A DNA stretch of 59,809 nt, the filler included, from Sphacelaria rigidula (Eukaryota), in the NCBI GenBank assembly GCA_964200075.2. It is 5 parts of 5 records of this genome, joined end to end, with 100 filler letters (N's around TTAATTAATTAA, not from the genome) between each part and the next. Parts side by side here need not be neighbours in the genome. Positions count along the whole stretch, not along the records: positions 47,929 to 59,809 come from CAXNAA020004384.1; 4 more parts are not named here. One strand, given 5' to 3'. Below the pieces are notes generated by a model. It was not told the DNA's origin. It did not search any database and was given only the letters and a program-made list of their open reading frames with translations. The translations under genes and the position numbers were made by a program. Shown piece after piece: positions 53,441-59,809 of this stretch (the first letter of the stretch is position 1; every line of letters starts with the position of its first letter).

Positions 53441-55739
53441 CTTGTTGCTTTTATTCCCTATCTTGTCTAGATGAACTCTCAGTAAATCGAGAACTTAATC
53501 TCAAAGCTGGATAATACTCTCTGTTCCTGACGGGTTAGTGTTGTTGTGGGTAAGGAGATTAGTCAGGTATTGCCGTGGGTGCTGACAAGCTGACAGAGGT
53601 TCAAGTCGTTTGACCAGTACACGGGACTGTCAGATTGGTGTATAGGTGAGATGGTACATCGGAACGATACGACTGCTTCGGTATAATACCCTTCCCGTGT
53701 TTTACCGAATATTTGCGTTTTGCAATCATGCTCTAAATCTCGATAAAATGTCGTCATCTGCGATCATCCTCGTCGGATATCAGCCGCGTAGGCCTTGATA
53801 TACGTTCTCTGCTTACTTAGCTGCGGTGGCTACGCTTTCGAGGCGACGGATATCTGGAGATATGAGAAGGTGATGTGTGTGAATTCCTGATGTGAAAGCG
53901 ATAACGGGTTCCCATTGGCTAAAATATGTATGTCGAGCAGTAGAAGCACATGCTCGCCGACTCGGCTTGAGAGGCAACGCGGTTTCGTTTGTGACGCGGG
54001 AAGTTGACCCAGCGGGTGGCAGCTGGTTGCATCGTATCTACATATATGCGGCGCGATGCAAAGATCAGACGCTTGAGAAGGGTGCGTCCGTTTCACAATT
54101 CAAAGCATGAGCTGTAGTGCGTTTGCTGTCCCCACGCTCGTGGTGTTTGCACTTGAGTTGCACCCGAGCACAGTAGCCAAAGGCAAAAGGAGCATAGCGG
54201 AGAATCTTCCATAACTCACACATCACAATACTCACGACCCGCCTATGATACACCTGATTCATGTGATCGCGGATGTGTCCACCAGAACCACGACAGTACA
54301 GGACAGTATTAGCGGTGGTGGATGTAGTGCATCCGCAATAACCATATGTGCGTTCTGACAAGCCAAAATCATCCGCCTTGCTGCTAAACCCGCCCAACCC
54401 ATCAGATAATTAGGCGGGAATCGACTTGTTGTGGGTCACCGCGCGCGACGATGTATGATATCACACCGGATAGGAGAGCTCCAGACTTGAGCGTGTGCAA
54501 GAGCAAGTAGAGCCGATTCTCATAGGCCCACCCCAGCACCCGTACATCGCCGCGTTGTCTCGTTGATATGTATTATGTTTAGTGGAGATTACCCGAACCC
54601 GTCGCCACCTTTCATGGTTGTCAGTTGTAGGTTTTCATGTTGGTTTCGTATTCATATTCGGATCTTTTTGCAAACAACAGCTCGCCAGCATGATGTATGT
54701 GCACGCATTTTTGCTCAAACCTTCGCCTGCCTTCGAGGCGAGCTCTGCCAATGCACACGTTGTCTAGGACACTCTCTGCGTCTGCCTTGTCCAATTATTT
54801 TCGGTTTGCCTCGGGTTGGCGACGGTGGTAGGGCTGGCCTTAAGAATCGGCGAAAATAAACATGTGTGTCAACCATGTACTCCGATGATGGGTGGAGGTA
54901 AATGGGTATCATCTTTCTGGTTCTGCCCTGTACCTTCCGAGTTCAGTTGGTCTACCTTGCGAGTTGTTCAACCCCGTATACGCCTCTTGTTTCTGATGGA
55001 CTTCACGCGAAAAGAGAATCTTGCATACACCTCCCGTAGAAGTACCCAGTACCGAAAGATAGTTAGGGCGCAACTTCGAGCTTCATGTCATATTTCCATA
55101 AAGAACTGCATGCCCTATGATGTGGTCGACTATTGAAAAAAAAAACTGTGCTCAAGATCCACTGTTGTAGCGGCAGCCGAAATATGAACACCACACCCAT
55201 GACGGGGATCCAGGAGGAAAAGGGAAGGGCTATGATGAATATCTGCACGATAGACAATGATCACCGAATGTTCAACCCCTTGATTCCCGAGAAGGGCGAT
55301 CTGGCTATCAGGAAGAATTTTCAAGTGAAATGGATGTCGATGCAACATATGGTCTGCCCTGCTGGTGAAGGGGTTAAATCAAGGAAAGAATGGTCCATCT
55401 AGTATTCCGCAAGACCAACGACACACAAAAAGACCTACGGCGACTGATGCCACAGGAATACTCCCTCCTCGTATGTCACCACCCGCCACGGCAAGGCCGA
55501 TAAAAAAAAGCGCTTTCTATGGCTTGAGGACCTCGTGGTGGGTAGTTTTTGCGTGCGCTTGTGCGTTTACGGGTGGATGAGCTTGTTCGAACATAAAATA
55601 TTACACGCGAGGTTATGGTGCAGCAATAGTGTGCATATGTCGTGCCCCAGCGGCAGAACTGGTGCATCATGAGCGGGTTTAAACGTATGGTTGTGCGTAG
55701 GAATGCCTAAGTACATTTTTTTCAACCTAAAATGACATT

Positions 55740-55920
55740 TCCGTTGTTGAAAGCGTGAGGACAGGAGAGGTGAAGAAAATTCGACGAAGGTTGGTTCGGT
55801 ACGGGAATGCTGATCCAATCCTTGATATCACTTTTGTAGGGCAGGTGATGGGGACGTAGGGGAGACGGGTGGATCCCTTGATATCACAGACTCGTCCCGA
55901 GAGAAGGAAGGGATTGGAAA
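55740..55920 (+). mobile_element. SINE body fragment
   Basis: Shares gaaagcgtgag..ccaatcc..gatcccttga..gactcgtcccgag..aaggg with the 16860-17280 SINE. Confidence 0.55.
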
Positions 55921-56104
55921 TATGACGACAAAAAATGGGAAATGAAATCACCTTCCCGGGCAGAAAGACGCGACGAAGCTAAACCCAGTGGGACTGCCAA
56001 CCAATGTCAGGTCGCGTCTTGATTCTTAGATCCAAAAACAAAATATCCCAAATAACTGCTTTTTTGGTACTTCTGCGTCGTCTTACGCCCGAAATGAAGG
56101 TTAA

Positions 56105-56202
56105 CCCTTAGACCACGAGATTAGTCTTTCTGGATCATGCATACTTTTTTTCACTTGAAATTGATGCCGATTCAACAGAAGACTAACCTCGCGGTCTAAG
56201 GA
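56105..56202. mobile_element. 98-bp piggyBac-like MITE
   Basis: TTAA on both sides (56101-56104, 56203-56206). ~25-bp TIRs starting CCCTTAGACC. Confidence 0.8.
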
Positions 56203-57092
56203 TTAATAGGCGGGTTTGACACCTCGGGATGACTTGCTGCTGCATTTTGAGACGGTTCCGGGCTACCTTGAGTTTTTCCGGTGACCGGGGTAACATTTCC
56301 CGCTAGTTCAAAAACACTTGGAATTCTGGTAAGTTCCCGCGCGAATGAATTTTGCTTTTTTTTGCGGAGGAATAGTTCAGAAAACCCTCAATCCGCCCTG
56401 AGATAAAATTGTGTGCACCGAAAAACGCAACAGCATCCCCTCTGATAGTAGACCATATCATTCCGAGATGGAAAAATCCGCTTATCCCTTTGCGCGGACG
56501 AAAAACGTCACGGGAGGGTCAAGAAGGCACTTCGCCGATATATGAATCTTCCGGACTATAGCAAGCGACTCCACCGGGTGCCGTCTCACTGCGGGCTCAA
56601 GTGTTTCGCCTGTTGTGTATGTATATTCGTAGTACGGCATACCGTCGCGACAGCAAACCGCCGCACTATCCGGCCATTGTCCAATATATTTCCCGCTCTT
56701 GACTAAATTCCACTTATTTGTTTGTATTCTTCTGCACATTCAAACCAAATCCTTCTCTCTCGCGTACCACCATCGCATTAGGATGCCAAACAAGGAACTC
56801 CTATTATTTTAGTCTGTTAGACCATATTTTATGGCAACCAATCTCGATTTGTACAAATGCTTGCACGTATAGCTGTCCCTAGAGAGGTCGAAGGATGGAA
56901 CCTTGCGATTCTTAGTTCTTTGGTTGGTGGTATTTGGGGCCTTGAGTCTCGCCCATAGTCGCACCCTACGTTCACTTCTACTTGGCCTCGCGCGTCGAGT
57001 TGGAAAGCCGGGTGCCACCCGCTAAAGTCCGAATGGCCACCTGCGGCACCGGATCTTCTGAGGTCAGCCATTTGTATTCTCTTCCTTCTTAA

Positions 57093-57200
57093 CCCTTTCG
57101 TAACCGATTGACGGTTTTTGTTTGTGTGAATCGACATCATTTTCAGTCATTTCCAAGTCAAAATGATGTCGATTCACACAAACAAAACCGTCAATCGGTT
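57093..57200. repeat. Near-perfect ~41-bp hairpin, probable piggyBac-like MITE
   Basis: aaccgattgacggttttt gtttgtgtgaatcgacatcatttt and its reverse complement around a ~16-nt loop, preceded by TTAA CCCTTTCG. Confidence 0.7.
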
Positions 57201-57410
57201 CCCAAATCCCTGTTTTGCTTGTATCGCGTTTTGTGAGTTTTAATCTAGGTCAATTTTGTTTTTGTAGTTTTTTGCATTTCCCCATACCTTATTATAGGTA
57301 GCTAGCCTGTGACCACGGAAGCCCTCCGCATCAGATGCCCGGTATGAAAATACCGCGCAGATATTGGAACGGTTTTTAATATGAAGACAACAACAACAAC
57401 AACAACAACA

Positions 57411-58046
57411 ACAAATGTGATGATTTCAGCCCATCTACAGGCGATTTTCTCCCGTGGGTTGATTTTTCGGACCCCAGTCCGTTGGACAATGTTTTTCGGC
57501 TAACTGTGAGTATTTCCCCCAAAACATCGGTGTAGATATGGGAGTGTCCCGATTTGAGCAGAAATGTAGTGAACCAAAAGTCAACGTCCAGAGAATCGGA
57601 GAATTGATCTGATTTGCTCTCAGCTAGCCGAACAACATTGCCCAACGGATTGGGGTCCGAAAAATCAATCCACGGGAGAAAACCGCCTGTAGACGGGCTG
57701 AAATCCTCATATTTGCACAAATCGAGATTAGTTGCCATACAGGCTGGGCCAGCCGACAAGCGGATTTGTACTTTGCCGGCGAATTCGCAATTTTTTTCTT
57801 GCAGTTGGAAAGTGAAAGTTGGTATGGACAATCAACAGGGCATGAAGAAAAGCTGTCTGTGAGGTCCCAACGTCTTTTTTTTCCGTGAGTTGAGAGCATT
57901 TTACTGAAACCTCAAAACTGATTTTTGCCCTTAACTCACGAAAAAAAAAATCGCTGGGACCTCACAGACAGCCTTTCTTCATGCCCTCCCTGTTGATTGT
58001 CCGTACCAAATCTCACTTTCCAACTCCAAGAAGAAAACTGCGGATT
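57411..58046. repeat. Two inverted-repeat pairs (~57411-57510 / 57617-57715; ~57781-57889 / 57935-58046)
   Basis: About 100-110 bp imperfect reverse-complement arms. The second pair ends at cgtgag|ttga and ttaa|ctcacg. Confidence 0.75.
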
Positions 58047-59710
58047 TACACTTGAAAAATCGAGGCGGCGGAAATTCGGAACAGTATTTTGCACGCCGTT
58101 TATCGGCCCACGTTTGATGTTTGTGGGTTGAAACTCTGTGCGGGACCTTGCTAGGTCGGGATGAACCAAGAAATATGGGTGAGGTTGGGTTTTATTATCT
58201 TTTTCACTGATTGAGGGCGTTTTAGTGTGGTAACGATGATTTTTTTACGAGAACGCCCGAACCTCTCATGAAGAAACAAAAAAATCAAGACCCATTTTGT
58301 TTTTGCTCAGCATGTCTCTGTCGTTCTCCATGCCAAGTTTCAAATCACAATTCTAAAAATTGAGCTGGAAAATTGAGTCAAGGCCCAAGAGCAATGTTCA
58401 TTTCTCTTCAAAACACCCCTTAAAACACGAAAAAAAAAAAAAAACGAAACAAAAACGGGAAAGCTGTGTTTTTTATTTCATTATGCGCTAGTGGTTCTCC
58501 ATACCAAATTTCATAGCACAGCTCTCAAAAACTGAGACGCGATATCCAGATTTAGGTCATCTAGTGCCTCTGCTCGTAATACACTGATTTTAGTATGGAG
58601 AATTATGTGCGCCATTTCTCGAGATAGAGAACGAATTAGGTGAAAGTGAGGGTATCTATCGTCTCCCCGTGCTCCAGGGAAGGTCCACACCAAAAATTGT
58701 CATCATCCGCTTGATCGATCGTTCGGGGTTTCATATAGATTTTAGTGTGGACGCTATCTCCGCTAGGTATTGGAATTACTATACATGGAGTTTACTCGAC
58801 GAGAAAAAATTGGCCCAGATTTTTGAGCAGATGGGCACCTTCCCCTTGGTTAGACGATTAGTACAATGTGCGGATCACGGCCCAACTCGTCTGTGTCGTT
58901 GAGATATCGCTTTTAGAGCTTAAATCCGTTTTTAGGCTGGCCCAGCTCGTAAAATATGGTCCAACAGCGCGTGTGTGGAAATCCTCAGCCTACAGCATTC
59001 CAATACACTGAACCCGTTGCAGACACCAACGCAAAATGTGCACGGTAAACGCTAGTCCAGAATGATCGAGTAACGCGGAAACGCACAGCACGAAACACGA
59101 CAGACTATAACACAGCCCAACAACGCGACAACAATACAGCACAGTACATTTACTACGAAATTGGGGAGTTTTTTCATGGTCGGTCGCAACAATGACACTC
59201 GTAATGCAGTCTTTAGCTTGCAACAATGCGCGAGTCAGTCTCTAACTTCGTGTGGTATTTTCACAGGGTAAATTCCAAGGGTCTGTCGAGAGAAAGTTTT
59301 CGGACACGAAGGCCCGTCAGGCTTTGCGAGGTTTGTATATTTGCTTCTGCTCCTTGCCCGCCCTGTCCTGATGACCTCGGATGCCGGTAATGCTCACACA
59401 CTTCTGTGTACAAAACACGAGCGCACGATAGCGACAGCCTGTAGCCAAGGTATACATTATAATAATAGCAGGATTATCTCATGCCTCGCCAAATTTGCTC
59501 GGACTACGAGTGGTAGGTAATCGAGGTACACGACACGGAACATGATCCCATAAATGTAGTCATGGTAGGTGATGAGCTTGGAGGGGCGGTGTGTCCGTCA
59601 TCTCAGCGGTCTCCATGCCAAGGATCTCTATACACGGCAGCTGACCGCATCCGTCAACATCTCAGCAATAAACTAGGGGACAGCAGGCTGGGTGTCCAAC
59701 ACCCATTTAC

Positions 59711-59809
59711 CCGCCCCCCCCCGTCAAAAACTGCTCCGTGCTCCGTCTCGAAAGGGATGCGTGGTCAATGGTCACACGACCAAGGCAAGCAACAAAGAGT
59801 ACCCCCCCC
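59711..59809 (+). mobile_element. Short poly(C)-tailed retroposon at contig end
   Basis: C-run, ~14 nt, then gtgctccgtctcgaaagggatgcgtggtcaatggtca..gagtacccccccc. Confidence 0.75.

Overview
Eukaryotic, intron-rich, transposon-laden DNA. Exon/intron style suggests a stramenopile, probably a brown alga (inference). The window is not one locus: five unrelated contigs (11883, 11882, 11882, 11881, 11881 bp, i.e. size-sorted) are joined by 100-bp N-TTAATTAATTAA-N linkers. Genes reconstructed by hand: three internal exons of an unknown coiled-coil/low-complexity protein (contig 1); an 11-exon S28 serine carboxypeptidase (PRCP/DPP7-like) that needs two GC-AG introns (contig 2); a broken TAF5-like WD40 gene with one inverted, truncated exon and a Ty1/copia remnant (contig 4); and a complete 4-exon Cys-type MsrB (contig 5). 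Contig 3 is mostly a 10-kb Ty3/gypsy element with near-identical LTRs, decayed ORFs, a chromodomain-like tail and a third, internal LTR-end plus PBS. Also present are hAT-, Harbinger- and piggyBac-like non-autonomous elements and tRNA-derived SINEs. The most interesting signal is a recurring retroposon family: a ~70-nt structured short form and longer forms share a 3' end, finish in a poly(C) tail, and several are flanked by variable-length target-site duplications that begin with a C-run. This looks like a C/G mirror image of L1/Alu poly(A)-primed insertion.
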